Origin: Anolis carolinensis
Taxonomy: Eukaryota
NCBI RefSeq assembly: GCF_035594765.1
Contig: NC_085844.1
Location: forward strand, 25,559,923 to 25,623,922
DNA: 64,000 bases
Direction of reading: 5' to 3'
In this document: positions 12,711 to 26,459 of the stretch, one piece after another
How positions within the stretch are numbered: the first letter of the stretch is position 1
Layout: each line of letters begins with the position of its first letter
The notes under the pieces: generated by a model
What the model was told of the DNA's origin: nothing
Seen by the model: only the letters and a program-made list of their open reading frames with translations
Databases searched by the model: none
Position numbers and translations under genes: made by a program

Positions 12711-13779
12711 AATACAGAATTTGAGATATAGCTATGTACAACTGAGACACAGCTGATTGGCAAAATGTAATTCATTATTACTGAGGTTTGAGAAAGGAGA
12801 TGAATAAATTATGAAAACCATGGTAAGTGCTTAACAACGTCCTAGTATGAAGACAAAGCTTCAGCAACATTGTTGATCGGTAACTTGCCTCGATGTACAG
12901 TATAGCTGACTTATAAAAGCACATGTAAAATATTGTTATTGATAATAATTATATTGATGTTTATTCTTTGTCTTAACAGTGTCTCAAGTAATGGCTTATT
13001 TCCAGAATGAATTAAAAACATCCATTTGGACTCCTAATATTTACTTAACCAGTGTTTTAGTTATGATTTGTCATCAGCTTACTATTAGGTTTTGCTCTTT
13101 CAAAAGTCTGATCATGACTATTTGCATCAAACATGTCCTTCATAATGGGAATTTCAACTGAAGACACAGATGTTCAGTTGAGGTCAAATGAAAAAAAATC
13201 CAAAGAGATGAGACAGATCACTCAGTATCACTTAAATATCAAATAAAAAAGAGCAGCTAAAGTTGTAGGATGCATAAACCTCATTGGCCCAAATTGCTTA
13301 AAATATTACTGCCAAAGACTTTGCTCAGCACAGCCCCCATCAAGAGCACAACTACACTAACCACTTATCGCAAAGGTCCAGGGAATGAACTCTGTGATGG
13401 TTAAATGATGCACAGAGCTGATTTGGATTAACATGAGCCAAAGCTGCTTAACATGACCTTGCACCATGTTAACCAAAGTCATGGATTGCTCTAAATTGTC
13501 CCCCAAAATCTAGAGCAAACCATGACTTGGAACCCATGTAAACAGCCATCCCATGCTCCCCAGTATCGGCTAGGGGACATGACATGTCACTCACAGTTCC
13601 CTCCCTTTGTTTTTGTTTGGGTGAACAGCAGTGGTGACATGAGTCATTCCCTTTCTTGGCACCTGGAGGCAATTGGAGAAGGGAGAGGGGAAAAGAGAGA
13701 GCGGTTCCTCCCAGCTCCCGCATCACTCTAACACCCCGGCTATCCTCACTGCAAGCAATGAACTACCAGAACTAGCCAT

Positions 13780-13842
13780 GTTTATTTATTTACTCTCTAT
13801 TTATACCCCGCCTTTCTCTACCCCGCAGGGGACTCAAGGTTG
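13780..13842 (-). mobile_element. L2 3' tail fragment
   Basis: tttatttatt...tataccccgcctttctc...ggggactcaagg, reverse complement of the tail type seen at 58440-58520. Confidence 0.55.
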
Positions 13843-16800
13843 CACCTGCTGGCCACCATGATATGGAGAAAAGGGGGAGATGGTAAAGGTGGCTGTCCTC
13901 TACAGTGGCCAGGAGGGTGGCAGTCTAAACCATCCTGGGGCCATGCTGGATTGGGCCCAGGATAAGCCTTCAATATAGAACTGCCCCATGTATTTGCTTA
14001 TGTCAAAATCTTGCTTAGGCCACATAATCCCATTCGACTTTGGTAGGAGGTACATGCACAGCTCTCAGGTCTTTCCATTATACAACATGATTTTGTTGTC
14101 CTATCAGTACAATATTACTCTTTAAAATATGGTAGCTGGCCAAGATCCTAATTCATAGTTTCCAACAAATTTTATTTTCCATTTTCCTGATCTACCTGGT
14201 CAACCTTTCTTGGGTCTCTAATAGCCATTCAAAACAATCCCAGCCTGAAAATGTATAAATGTTATCAAATTAAGAAAGATGTATAAATGATGTAAGAGTA
14301 CATAAATACTGCAACACATTAGAGAGGAGGGAACACCAAGATGTGAACTTCTATATGAGCTTCTTTGAACAAGATAAACATCTCTTTTCAAAAAAAGGTA
14401 CAATGTCCATGCCCATGGCACTGATACCTCCAACAAAATATGTCTTCCCTAGGAACTGGAGTTGTCTAGGTCCTCCAGAACAATTCTCTTGTGATTTGTG
14501 CCAGAAGTCAATATTTAAGTATTATTTATCCACTGTTTCATATTTTCATGTTAATTCTAGGAACATATCCCCCAGAGATATGGTGCCATGCTGTAGTACT
14601 AAAATACTCTTGTAACCTCTTTAAAAAGAAATAATAAGTAATCTTATAAAAAGAAACAAAAATAATCAAGGAATAGTTTTCCTTGTTTAAAACTACACTA
14701 AAAGAATGTAAAACATACTGCATATTCCTTCAAAAATAGCTTATCTAAAATCATGTCATGAAACATATAATTCTGAAACTGTAACTATAAATTGCAATTG
14801 TATGACACACTGAAAATGTGGGATACAGAACAAGACAACAACAATTATAAAATACTAATTAAAAATCAACACAGAAAGAAGGCATAACGATTACTTTTTA
14901 AAATTATTCATTACTATATAGCTGCCTTGCTATAGGTTCTTCTTTTCGTCGTACAATTCCCTTAAATTTTCTTGCATCTTGGCTTATTTTCTCTCTTTCT
15001 CTCTCTCTCTTTTAAAGCATTTTCACGGTGCTGAATTTCTTCCACTCCGTTCTGAGTAGTGGTATGAGGTAAGAACCTCCATCTTTTGTCAAAATAATCA
15101 CATCTTCAAATCAACTGAAACTGATATTTTGAATGTACAAAATAGTTGGTTGCAAGACCCGAGACACCTTCTCCATAATAAAATTATACTTTCACATACA
15201 GATTTATTTTTTTCATAGGCTGTGTATTCACAGCCAATAAATTATAATAATTTTATGTCAAAAGTGTCATTGTCACTGCCAGTTCTCCAATTGCTATAAG
15301 GACAGAATGTCCTCTTACAGCAACATCTCAAAGAGCTCCATCACAGTTTTCCTATTCTTTTCTGGCTTCCCTGGAAGAATTTCCATCACCATTAAAGTAA
15401 TGGGGTCCTACTAATGTTCATTTACATTAGTGTTCTGACTTCCTTTATGGTGGTTCAAAGAGACACTGGTGGCAGAGGCAAGAGCACAAAGAACAGCTTG
15501 CTGACTATAGACCCACTTTTCAATTCTTGGCTTTCTGGAAGGTCTATGAAATCAGCACCTTCTTTCATCGCTGTTACTGCAGAACCTATTCCTTTTTTTA
15601 CTGCCACCTTTTATATTTCAATGTTGTTATTTTCACTTCCACTAGTATATTACTGGTAGAGCCAAAAGTATCCCAGCCAATGTTTGATTTCCAATGTTTG
15701 GGGTTTTTCCAGAAAATTCTTAATACATCCATTGGAATGATGAAGATCTGACATAGCTGAAGCTCTGGCAAAGTGAAGAAGATGCATAACATAAAATACT
15801 AAAAATGAGATAATATTATTTTTGCTACCATAAATATAAAACTAGTTCTGCATCTTCCAAATCAATATGAATTGTTGTATTTCTAAAAGTTGTATTTCTA
15901 AAAGTTAAAAAAATCAGGAAAGAGTTTCTGGTTTTCTGGACTCTAATCAGACACACAATCAGGATTGAGTAATGGATAAGGATTGTCTCCTTTTAAGAGG
16001 AAATTAGTAGGCTAAATGAACACAGTGCATTTTCTCTTGTGAATCACTTTATAAATCTATCACCCAATTTGTACAACACATACTTTCAAACCAGAGTCTT
16101 AACCCCCTTTCCTCAGCACACTGTATATTACTGCTATGAATGTGTATAGCACTCATAGGATGCAAAAATATACATGATGTTTTGAGCTAGATAGGTTAGT
16201 CTCTGGTTTCCCAAAAGTAGAATGCAAAGCAAGAATCTACTTTTCTGCTAAGTTTTCAAGATCTGATCTCTCTCTTTAAAAAAAAAAAAGCCATAGCACA
16301 TGTTTGGCCATAGAAATATTAAAGACAGGAAAGCATTTTAAAAAAAGAATCAAATATGCCTTTTCTGAACGTCGGAAGCAGATTGTGATAAAAAAACTTC
16401 TCCATTTTTTGGGAGGCACAAAAAGCTACACACCTTTGGTAATACAATCTGGAAAGACTTAACAATGGTTGGCATTGAGCATGTCTGAAGAGAAAGATAG
16501 TTGCATAGGGGAAGATCCTGTTTGTAACATCACCATGGAACTGTAATCCAAATACATTTCTCATGAAATATTAAGGTCACTCAAAATGACGTAATTTATC
16601 TCAACTGTTAAAACATCCCATTTGTAGAAGCCAAAAAATTATCTTGTTTAATCTGCTCACCTATTGAATTATAGCAGCAGATACATGTCATAGGAACCAT
16701 AAGGTTCAGTGTGTGTGAATGGTCCAGCTTTTTATCTGCCTGATGGAGGCATGTTTATCTTTCCTTGCATTTTTTAAAAACATAAAATTAAGTGTATCAT

Positions 16801-16937
16801 ATAGCACAAAAAATTGTTTATGCAAAATTCTTATAAATTTGAATAAAAATGTAAAATTTTATGGATGAACTGAGGCATCATCTTTCAAAGGTAAAAAGGA
16901 CTTCGGTACACTGTGCACAGTTGATAATGACTATTAG

Positions 16938-17624
16938 GGCCTTTCGGGCCCCAGTAGAGCTGGGGACTGGGAGAGATTGGTTGCCTCCCATGTGGAAGAG
17001 GCTGGCTGAAAGTAATCCCCGAGGGACTTCTTTCAGGGCAGCGGAACCTAGGAAGTAATTCACCCCCCCTCTTCACTTTTGGGGCAATCAGCAACCCACC
17101 TTCCTGCCCATTAACAGTAAAACAGCAGTGGTTGCCCACAGGGTCCGGGTAGGAATTTTCCCCTCTCTAATTTATAGGGGTGGGGGTTGCCTACTCTATA
17201 CTGTTCTAGCAGGACAAATTGGGAGAAAGGCCAATTAAATAGGCAAACGCGGAAAGCAGCAGGGGCGTTGAAATTGGTGCACTACCAAGGCGCCCATTTG
17301 AGACCAGGCCAGGAGCTGCAGCCCTCCTTCATGTGGTAAAATAAAGGGAGGGAGGAAGGGGGAGTGCAAAGGGGCCTAGAAAATGAGAAATATGACATCA
17401 ATAATTCGGGGAACAGAAATGCCCACATCATGCCCATTATCAAGTTTAGCGTTAAGTTCTTTGCCAAGCTCATTGTCAAGTTCAGGGCTAAATTGATTAA
17501 GTGCTATATGCCTGCCTGGGGGAGGTAGAATGATAGATTTTTAATTAGGTAACATTAATAAAAGTTGTCCTTAGTTAACCCATACATGTATGTTGCCTCT
17601 TCATTTGTGGGGGCTGCGTGGCAA
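16938..17624. mobile_element. GC-richer repeat remnant, possibly a retroelement terminal repeat (DIRS/Ngaro-like or solo LTR)
   Basis: Abrupt GC-rich island in AT-rich flanks; AATAAA at ~17557 about 60 bp before the end; imperfect inverted ends; family not identified. Confidence 0.3.
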
Positions 17625-19239
17625 TCACTAGAAGACAGTCATTTATACTTAGAAAACTTAAGAGCACAGAACCTCTTCCAACTATACAGCTTCAATGGAG
17701 ATTTGTGTGACACTTATTGTGATCTAAATAATCCTCACTAGTAAGTTAGACTCTGTGAGTTCTGTGTGCCTTATTCTCAGGTATACTTTCATATTTTGTT
17801 TTAAGTTATGTATTATTAACTATTTAATGTACCAGAGTAGGGGAAAAGTTGGGAAAATATTGTAATGTTTTCTGTTAAATGGCCAAAGCTCTGACTCAGT
17901 AACATTAAATAAAAACTTTGTAATTTTTTTCAGCTAAGATTTGCTCCAAGACAGCTTTGTGAACAATGTAAAAGCAAAATAATTAGAACTATCCTTCTGA
18001 TCCCCAAACAATATCAATAAACATTGTATCATTATTTCCAATACCTTTGACTGATATTATTTTCTTTGTGCATACCTTTCTTTCCTCATTTTCCTATTGA
18101 AAGTAGGCACAGCTGGCCTACCTGCTGGTACACATAAGTTTAAAGTTAAGTTCTCTAACTTTCTCTCTTAAAATCCAATATGCATAAAGCAAATAATTGG
18201 TCTGTGCAATATAGTTCAGAATCAAAAGGGTGGTACAATGATCACGGTCAAATGTGACTGGAAGTAGTAAAATCAATAAATGCAGTTAACAACAGTAAAC
18301 TTATAGACAATATTTGCAAAATATTAAAGGCAGACATACCAAAGGGAAGATTTTTTTCGCCTCCTTTTTGCTTACTCACTGTTATAGATATGCAGAAATG
18401 CAAAATGTTTCTAATACAGAAAAATACAGAGTCATTAAGCTCATATGATAAATCTGTTGATGGAATGTACTACTTTTACCCCAAATTTCAATTTTTACAT
18501 GTTCATCTTATATAATTCCTTGTACATTCAAAACAGCACCTCTAAATAAGATAGTTCAGAGAGGCTTGTTATTTTTGTCTTATAGAGGAGCTCTTGTGCA
18601 TTCATCACCTTCTGTAAGTCTTGATATGATATAATTCAACAACTGGTTCATGATATGGGACTGGTGTTAAAACAAAAAAGCAAACAAAAGAAAAACAAAT
18701 CTTGAGCCATATGCTGGGAGAATTCTTCTGTATTTCTGCTGTCCAATGCATGTCTAGAAGATACGCAGGCTGCCAAAATGCCCAGACAAAACAGCAGTTA
18801 TACTATGTATACTCTGTAATCCAGCAAAATGAGTACTGATTAAGGAAGAGCAAATCTATCAAACATAATTTCATAAGGTGAAACTTCACTTATTCACTAC
18901 TAAGTTTATTGTTACATAAGACTGAATTTTTCAAAACATTCCACATTTACATTTATATACCGGTATATTTTCATTGGCATTCTTAGAAATATACAATTTT
19001 AATCTTGTTTTGTGAATATGTGTTTTGTAATGTACACATTTTCCTATGCAGTATTATAAATGTATGCTTCTGAATACACCAACTTGTGCACATTTTACCA
19101 CTCTTATCTACTATCTGAGATATACAAATTTTAGGTCATACTTTTTCAGTGTATACATTTTATACTTTGTTTCTGCACAGCATAAAAATTCAGCAAAATA
19201 TGATTCAACAACTGATTTTGGGAAATGTAAATACTGTTT

Positions 19240-19550
19240 CCCCTGATGGCATAGCGGGTTAAACCGCTGAGCTGCTGAACTTGCTGACTGAAAGGTTGAT
19301 GGTTTGAATCTGGAGAATGGGGTGAGCTCCCGCTGTTAGCCACAGCTTTTGCCAACCTAGCAATTCAAAAACGTGCAAACGTGAGCAGATCTATAGGTAC
19401 CATTCTGGCGGTAACGGCACTCCATGCAGAAGTGTCTATGGACAACACCAGCTCTTTGGCTTAGAAATGGAGATGAGCATCAACCCCCCGAGTCGGACAC
19501 AACTGGACTAAATGTCAGGTGGTAGTTTGTGTTTAAACCTTTACCTTTAC
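19240..19550 (+). mobile_element. Sauria SINE (internal deletion)
   Basis: tRNA-like head, gagctcccgctgttagc core, BovB-like 3' part gagtcggacacaactggact and an (ACCTTT)n tail. Confidence 0.9.
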
Positions 19551-22039
19551 GTAAGTTCCATTAGTTTGTGTTTAAATGCAAACTGAACAAATTTTGTAGC
19601 ATTCTCTAGGGTTGACGCATGAAACCTTCTGCCACAATAAATGTTAGACATTATTATTATTATTGAGTCCTTCTATTTCATTTAGTGCCTAGCATGGAAA
19701 CCCCTTAGATGTTGAGACAGAAGTATTCCATTAGTACTGTTCCTGTGGAGCAACTGATAGAAAAAGGTAGAATGCCTAAAATATAACACTGATTTTCTCT
19801 CTTTTGTTTTCCTTTAATGAGAAATATTCCTATTAAAAATAGGGACCACATTTTAAAACAAATTGTGACCGATTTTTGTCACACTCTTAATTATTTCTGC
19901 ATCCCCATGCAAGTATTAAAGTAATTATGAAACATGGCATTTAGGCCTGATATCTACAATGTCTTTTGAAAAATTTTGTAAAGTTTTTCATCCACTCCAT
20001 TTGTCTCTTCTAGTATCTTGCAGAGTTATGGGCACTGTGTTTTGTGTTTATAACCTTAAGTGTCCAATAGGTTTTAAGGACCCTGAGTGAATGAGGTGGA
20101 ACAATATTAAGGAATTACAAAAATGTCATGTAGAGCTAAGCTGGCAAGCTGTTTAGATCGGTGACTCTAGCAAAAGTCTGCTATTCTGAAACAGCAGCAT
20201 AAACCTCTGGTGTTTGGAGCCTGCTGTACCCCAGTGGATATGGCTTTGCACATGGGTGTTGCTATGGGCACGAGAGCCAATGCGCCATCCACAAAAGAAG
20301 GTTTCCAGAAAGAAACAAAGAAGAGGAAAACCTAGAGGATAGAAATGGAGAGTTGCCAATTAAAATTACAATGCTGCAATTTTGTTAGTTGTCAGTGACA
20401 GAATAAAGTCCAGCTTAACAGAAAGAAAATGTCTTTTGTGGTACAAATATAACCTAGAGATTCCTGACTTTTTAGCGTGCCGAGCCCAGATGGTACTTTT
20501 TGCTTCACGTTGTGATCAAGAGGCAGAAAGGGCATTTCTAAAACAGTAGTACTGAAAACAAGCACAGATCAAAGACAAATTGAAGCCATTCTATGAGTGT
20601 CTAAGGAACAAATAGTATAACTGCCACTGGTAATCCTTCCCAAAAGGTACATAGGGTGAGAAAAGAAATGTTTTTGAAATTAGCATTCTCAAGTGTATTT
20701 AGGAATTGCTTGTACAAGTATTTTAGGATCATTGAAGGGGGAAAAGTGGTACAAAACACCATTACTTCACTTCCAAAGGGGGAAAAGTCATGAAAACACA
20801 ATACCCTCATATCATTCAACATACTGCTTTAGTTTGACATTGCTATTTTAATATTATATTGCATTACTCCTTTTCTGATATTTAAGTAGAAAAAATGGAA
20901 ACCTTATTGAGTAACAAACTAATTACAGTATTTGTTTATTTAGTTGTTTATTTTTCAGTGTTGCAAAATTCCTGCAGGTGGCTTCTCAGTAGTAAATCAG
21001 AAAGGTATTAATGAAGTCAAACAAAAAACCAAGACATTCTTTGATTGAACGCTTTAAAATATACACACAAGAGAACAAAGCACACAAACATAATATTCTA
21101 AGGGCCAGTGTATAAGATCAGGCTGCCTTAAGGGCTCCCTGAACTGGCTGTCTTGGCCATTTATGCTGAATTTTAAAGAGCCATCTATTACAGTATTCAA
21201 CAAAAAAGAATACTTCCAAAAGGTTTTTTTTAAAGCTAGAAGTATAATAATTTTGTAAGTCAAAATTTGGAAGTGTTCCCAGTTTTTGGCAGTAAAATGA
21301 TAATACTGGGCATATCATTTTAAAGTGGAATCTCATGGAAGTTAATTCAGACGACAAGGTCACATTTAGACATTTTCTTTCCTTATGTTTTGGACCGAAA
21401 ATAATTCCCAAATCCTATTATTTGAAGCAGGGGTACTTACCATGTCAATCCATGCCTCCCCTGATACACATGCTACCTCTGAGATAGAGTTCTTTTTAAA
21501 TAAGAAAAGAAGAAGAAGACTATCATTCACTAGGATATATATACTCTCTGGGTAGAATAATTTCTTACAGAGGAAAAGAAAGTGTTATAGTAAGGATTTA
21601 TATGTGACCACTATGTGGTACCCAAGACTAAACTCTTTAAGCTATTATAACATGGCCCTACAACTTTCATGACAACTATGAAAGAGTTCAGAACTGATCC
21701 TACAGGAAAACTGCTTTCTAAAATATATTTCAGTCAAGGTAAAAAGAACAGGAAGCTATTCTGCATCTATTAGCCAGGGGTAAGTTTAAATCTATTAGCC
21801 AAAGGTTCTCTTGGAAGTCTTGTGTCTTCAGCATCTACATGACCCACACATCTCTTGGAATTCAACTTTATAAGCTCTTTGCCTGCATCCACCTTCCTCC
21901 AAATAACAAATCATTTCTTTTTCATACATAATCTCCTGATCTTGTTACCAGACATGGTAGCCATTGTCTACATCCAGCTCATGCATTCGGCTTCTTGCTC
22001 TGGTACATCTTTGCTTTCTGATTCTGTAAATGAATTTGT

Positions 22040-22937
22040 AACCGTGAAGCCAACAGGAAACTGAAAGTTACTTGGGAAGGCCAAGAGCTCGAACACTGTT
22101 TCCATCCTAAATATATTGGTTTCACCTTTGATCAAACACTAACATATAGGAAACACTGCATGAACACCAAGCACAAAGTAGCTGCATGCAATAACATCCT
22201 GCGGAAACTGACTGGCAGTGTATGGGGTGCAGACCCACAAGTAATAAGAACATCAGCCCAGGCCTTGTCTTTCTCAACTGCTGAGTACGCCTGTCATGTC
22301 TGGCACAAGTCTGCCCATGCGAAGCAGATGGACATAGCACTGAACGAAACATGCAGAATCATCACAGGATGTCTTAAACATACACTGGTTGATAAACTCT
22401 ATAAGCTAGCTGGCATTGCCCCTCCTGATGTGCAATGGGAAGTTGCTGCTAACTGCGAGAGAAATAAGATCGAACATTGTGAAAGCCACCCACTGCATGA
22501 CTATCAGCCTTTTCCCACCAGACTCAAATCAAGGAAGGGCTTCATGAGAACCACCACTCCTCTTGATGTCCCCCCAGCAACAGCAAGGGTGTCCCTCTGG
22601 GCAGCTAAACCAGGCAATTCCAACTGGATGGCCCCTCATGAGGGTCTTCCTCCTGAGAAGCGGAGTGGGCAGATCAAAAGACAACCTGGCAAGATGGCAC
22701 TACCTGGAGGAATCCTCCACCTTGTGTGACTGTGGAGCTGAACAAACAATTCCTCATATGTATGCTTGCCCACAATGCCCTTCTTCATGCATGGAGGAGG
22801 AGTTGTTTAAAGCTATGGACAATGCGATTGCTGTTGCCTGCTTTTGGTCCAAAACTATTTAGCTGTTTGTGATTCCTTTTATTTTATCACTTTTAAACTT
22901 ATTTATTATGCAATGCTTTTGATACGAAATAAAGATA
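22040..22937 (+). mobile_element. 5'-truncated Vingi (Ingi-clade) LINE, C-terminal part of the RT ORF
   Basis: ORFs 22160-22729 and 22563-22862 give WGADPQVIRTSAQALSFSTAEYACHVW...LNETCRIITGCL and CDCGAEQTIPH..CP; frame break near 22652; 12-bp TSD aaatgaatttgt at 22028-22039 and 22938-22949. Confidence 0.85.
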
Positions 22938-23040
22938 AAATGAATTTGTCCCTATGACCCTAAAACAGACCACTCAGACCACTTGCTTGAGCCTAAAACA
23001 GACCACTCAGTCAATCACCCAAACACAAATGGGCAAACAT

Positions 23041-23043
23041 CTA

Positions 23044-23080
<37 letters not shown>
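23041..23080. repeat. (CT)n(CA)n microsatellite
   Basis: Direct reading. Confidence 0.9.
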
Positions 23081-23081
<1 letters not shown>

Positions 23082-23140
23082 ATTCTCTTTCTGCTATCAA
23101 AGTAGTGGATGGTAAGGTAAAGGTAAAGGTTTTCCCCTGA

Positions 23141-23186
<46 letters not shown>

Positions 23187-23204
23187 AACAACAACAACAA
23201 CAAC

Positions 23205-24037
23205 AACAAAACATTGCATGGAAAGTTCCTTGACAAAATTGAAGGAAAAGCTGATAAGGAGAAGACCTGGCTATGGCTCACGAATGGGACACTGAAGAAG
23301 GAGACAGAAGGCCTGATCCTTGCAGCCCAGGAGCAAGCCATCAGAACAAATGCAATTAAGGGCAAGATCGAAAAATCAGCTGATGACCCAAAATGCAGAC
23401 TGTGCAAGGAAACCGACGAAACCATTGATCATATCCTCCGCTGCTGTAAGAAAATTGCACAGACAGACTACAAACAGAGGCACAACTATGTGGCCCAAAT
23501 GATTCATTGGAACTTATGCTTCAAGTACCACCTCCCAGCAGTAAAGAACTGGTGGGATCACAAACCTGCAAAGGTATTGGAAAATGAGCACGCAAAGATA
23601 CTGTGGGACTTCCGAATTCAGACTGACAAAGTTCTGGAACACAACACACCAGACATCACAGTTGTGGAAAAGAAAAAGATTTGGATCATTGTTGTTGCCA
23701 TCCCAAGTGACAGTCGCATTGACGAAAAACAACAGGAAAAATTCAGCCGCTATCAGGACCTCAAGATTGAACTTCAAAGACTCTGGCAGAAACCAGTGCA
23801 GGTGGTCCCAGTGGTGATGGGCACATTGGGTGCCGTGCCAAAAGATCTCAGCCGGCATTTGGAAACAATAGACATTGACAAAATCACGATCTGCCAACTG
23901 CAAAAGGCCAACGTACTGGGATCTGCACGCATCATCCGAAAATACATCACACAGTCCTAGACACTTGGGAAGTGTTCGACTTGTGATTTTGTTAAACGAA
24001 ATCCAGCATATCTATCTTGTTTGCTGTGTCATACAAT

Positions 24038-24038
<1 letters not shown>
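23205..24038 (+). mobile_element. 5'-truncated R4-clade (Dong/Rex6-like) non-LTR retrotransposon
   Basis: ORF 23214-23960 with CCHC knuckle (CRLC..ETIDHILRCC), RHN, KILWDF and a restriction-like endonuclease segment PDITVVEKKKIWIIVVAIP...EK..RY..L; bounded by (ATT)n/(AAC)n repeats. Confidence 0.9.
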
Positions 24039-24078
<40 letters not shown>

Positions 24079-24081
<3 letters not shown>

Positions 24082-24221
24082 CTGCAAAAGGCCACCCTGC
24101 TGGGATCTGCACGCATCATCCGAAAATACATCACACAGTCCTAGAAACTTGGGAAGTGTTCGACTTGTGATTTTGTGATATGAAATCCAGCATATCTATC
24201 TTGTTTGCTGTGTCATAGTAA

Positions 24222-24222
<1 letters not shown>
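24079..24222 (+). mobile_element. Second short 3' fragment of the same R4/Dong family
   Basis: Near-duplicate of ~23895-24035 (caactgcaaaaggcca...gctgtgtcata) followed by (AAT)n. Confidence 0.85.
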
Positions 24223-24268
<46 letters not shown>

Positions 24269-24420
24269 CTTTATTTATATCCCGCCACCATCTCCCTGAA
24301 GGGACTTGGGGCGACTTACACAGTGATAAGCCTGAACAACAACATAGACACAGTAATTTAACAATAAATTTAAAAAACTTACAATATAAAATAAAAACAA
24401 CATAACATAACAATTACTTA
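24223..24420 (-). mobile_element. L2 3' tail with (TTA)n end
   Basis: (AAT)n-aacaactttatttatatcccgcc...gggacttggggcgacttac; same structure as 46132-46345. Confidence 0.7.
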
Positions 24421-24860
24421 AAAGCCTGAGCTTAAGTCTAGTCGTGTCTGACTCTGGGGTTGGTGTCATCTCCAGTTTTAAGCCGAAGAGCTGGCATTGT
24501 CTGTATACACTTCCAAGGTCATGTGCCTGGCATGACTGCATGAAGTGCTGTTACCTTCCTGCCAGAGCAATAACTATTGATTTACTCACATTTGCATGTT
24601 TTCGAACTGCTAGGATGGCAGATGCCGGGGCTAACAGCGGGAGCTCACCCCGTACCCCAGATTCAAACCACCGATCTTTTGGTCGGCAAGTTCAACAGCT
24701 CAGCAGTTTAACTGACTACGCCACCAGGGGCCCCATAGTGAATCGTAGTGGTGGTCAATTGCATTCCCATGCAATCATAACAAAATATCCAGGCATCTGC
24801 ATTTCTACCATTTCAAAACAGGCACGAGGAGGCGTTCAGTGCTGTCTGCATTAGTCTCTT

Positions 24861-24990
24861 NNNNNNNNNNNNNNNNNNNNNNNNNNNNNNNNNNNNNNNN
24901 NNNNNNNNNNNNNNNNNNNNNNNNNNNNNNNNNNNNNNNNNNNNNNNNNNNNNNNNNNNNNNNNNNNNNNNNNNNNNNNNNNNNNNNNNN
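24861..24990. other. Assembly gap
   Basis: Run of N. Confidence 1.
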
Positions 24991-26019
24991 CCTCCATCCC
25001 TTCTTCTAGTGGGACACTCAGTGAAAAGTTTGAAATTGGTGGGCAGAAAGCAAAAGAGCAGTGATATCTTTAAAATCTCCATACATTTGAAAAATCTGCC
25101 TGGATAGAAATTTAAACTTTGAAAAGGAAGACATTTCCCAAAAAAAGAGTATGAATGGGCACTCCTCTCACTTTACGATATACTTGTGGTTTGTTAGATT
25201 AATGAGATTCAAGAAAAAATTATTAACTCAGGGTAACATTCATGGGGTATTATGAGCTTTAACAATCCTTTATGTTAAGAAGCTTTGTTTTGTTTTAGTG
25301 CCCCTGCAAGAGATACAGGATGCCAGGATTTGGCTTAGGCAACTGGACTTGGAAACTTGTGGTCAAGTAAATGATGTCTGTGTGGCTACAAGTAAAAGAA
25401 CATAGGATCACGATCAGCCACTGAAAAGACTGGTGAGAATTGCAATCCACCAGCACCTGGAGGGTCATGCAATTATCAAACAATCTGATTTAAAATGCTC
25501 CAATTATGACTGGAACCCTTTGGCCATCCACTTGGGCAGCACCTAATGAGCCTTGCTGGTGACACTGATCAGATGTCTGAGCATCCTAATGTGACATCAC
25601 CAGAAATGTGATGTTGCCAGGAAGCCTCTGGGAGGGAGTTGCTTGCTGGCAGCAACACAGCAGTGAATTTAGTGTAAGTGTGGACAGAGGATTGGGCTGG
25701 AACCAGCCTAATCAATCTGCTGACATCTCCGAAACTCCAGGATCATTCCAGAGCATCCAGGAAGTGTTCTATTGACATGCATTTTCTGCTGGATGCAGCA
25801 ATTTTGCTGCAAATCCAGTTTTGTGTCATGGTGACTGCCTGAAGCAGCTAAGTGGTACATTAACTTTGTTTTGGCCACAGAGACACAGCCTAATCTATAG
25901 TAACTTGATAAATCAACACTGATGGAAGTTCCACTGTTTCAGTAGATCTCCTCTAGTTGGGGCTACCAATAGGATTTAGGCCATAAATCCCCTTGAAATA
26001 AAATACAGTTAAAGTAAAG

Positions 26020-26235
26020 TAAGGCACCAGATTCTGTCTGATCTTGGAAGCTATGCAGTGTGATCCCTGGCTAGTATTTGGATGGGAGACTGTCAATGAA
26101 TACCAGTTGCTGTAGGTTTAATCAGAGGAAGGAACTGGCAAAGCCACCTCTGGGTATTTCCTGCCTAAGAAAACCTTATGAAATTCATGGAGCCTCCATA
26201 AATTGAAAGATGACTGGGTACATACATACATACAT
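26020..26235 (+). mobile_element. 5S rRNA-derived SINE (5S-Sauria-like), near full length
   Basis: 5S-like head (ctgatcttggaagcta...ttggatgggagac...gaataccagttgctgtagg), body gaggaaggaactggcaaagccacctctg and a (CATA)n tail. Confidence 0.8.
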
Positions 26236-26459
26236 GTTTCTACTTAGTGCCAGAATAACTGCAGCTTTAGCACCAATTAGACTTCTAAGGAGAGGACATT
26301 CCATAACTGTGGTGTCATTGCAGAGATGTCCTTCTCCCATGTTCTCCCACTGCAAATTGCTAAGGCTGGTGAGAAACAAAGGACTGCGAGACAGGCATGT
26401 AGAGAGAGATATGCTCCTTCAAGTAATGAAGTCTAAAGTAATTTATGCCATTACCAGCA

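Larger units (their letters stand above)
23115..24734 (-). mobile_element. Sauria SINE split by nested insertions (tail 23115-23144, body 24432-24734)
   Basis: ggtaaaggtaaaggttttcccctgacatta continues as ttaagtctagtcgtgtctgactc; TSD tagtggatggta (23103-23114) and tagtgaatcgta (24736-24747), 10/12 match. Confidence 0.85.

Noticed and set aside
22960-23010. 18-bp direct repeat ctaaaacagaccactcag (also a 15-bp tandem duplication near 15875-15905)
   Set aside because: Ordinary small local duplications with no further structure
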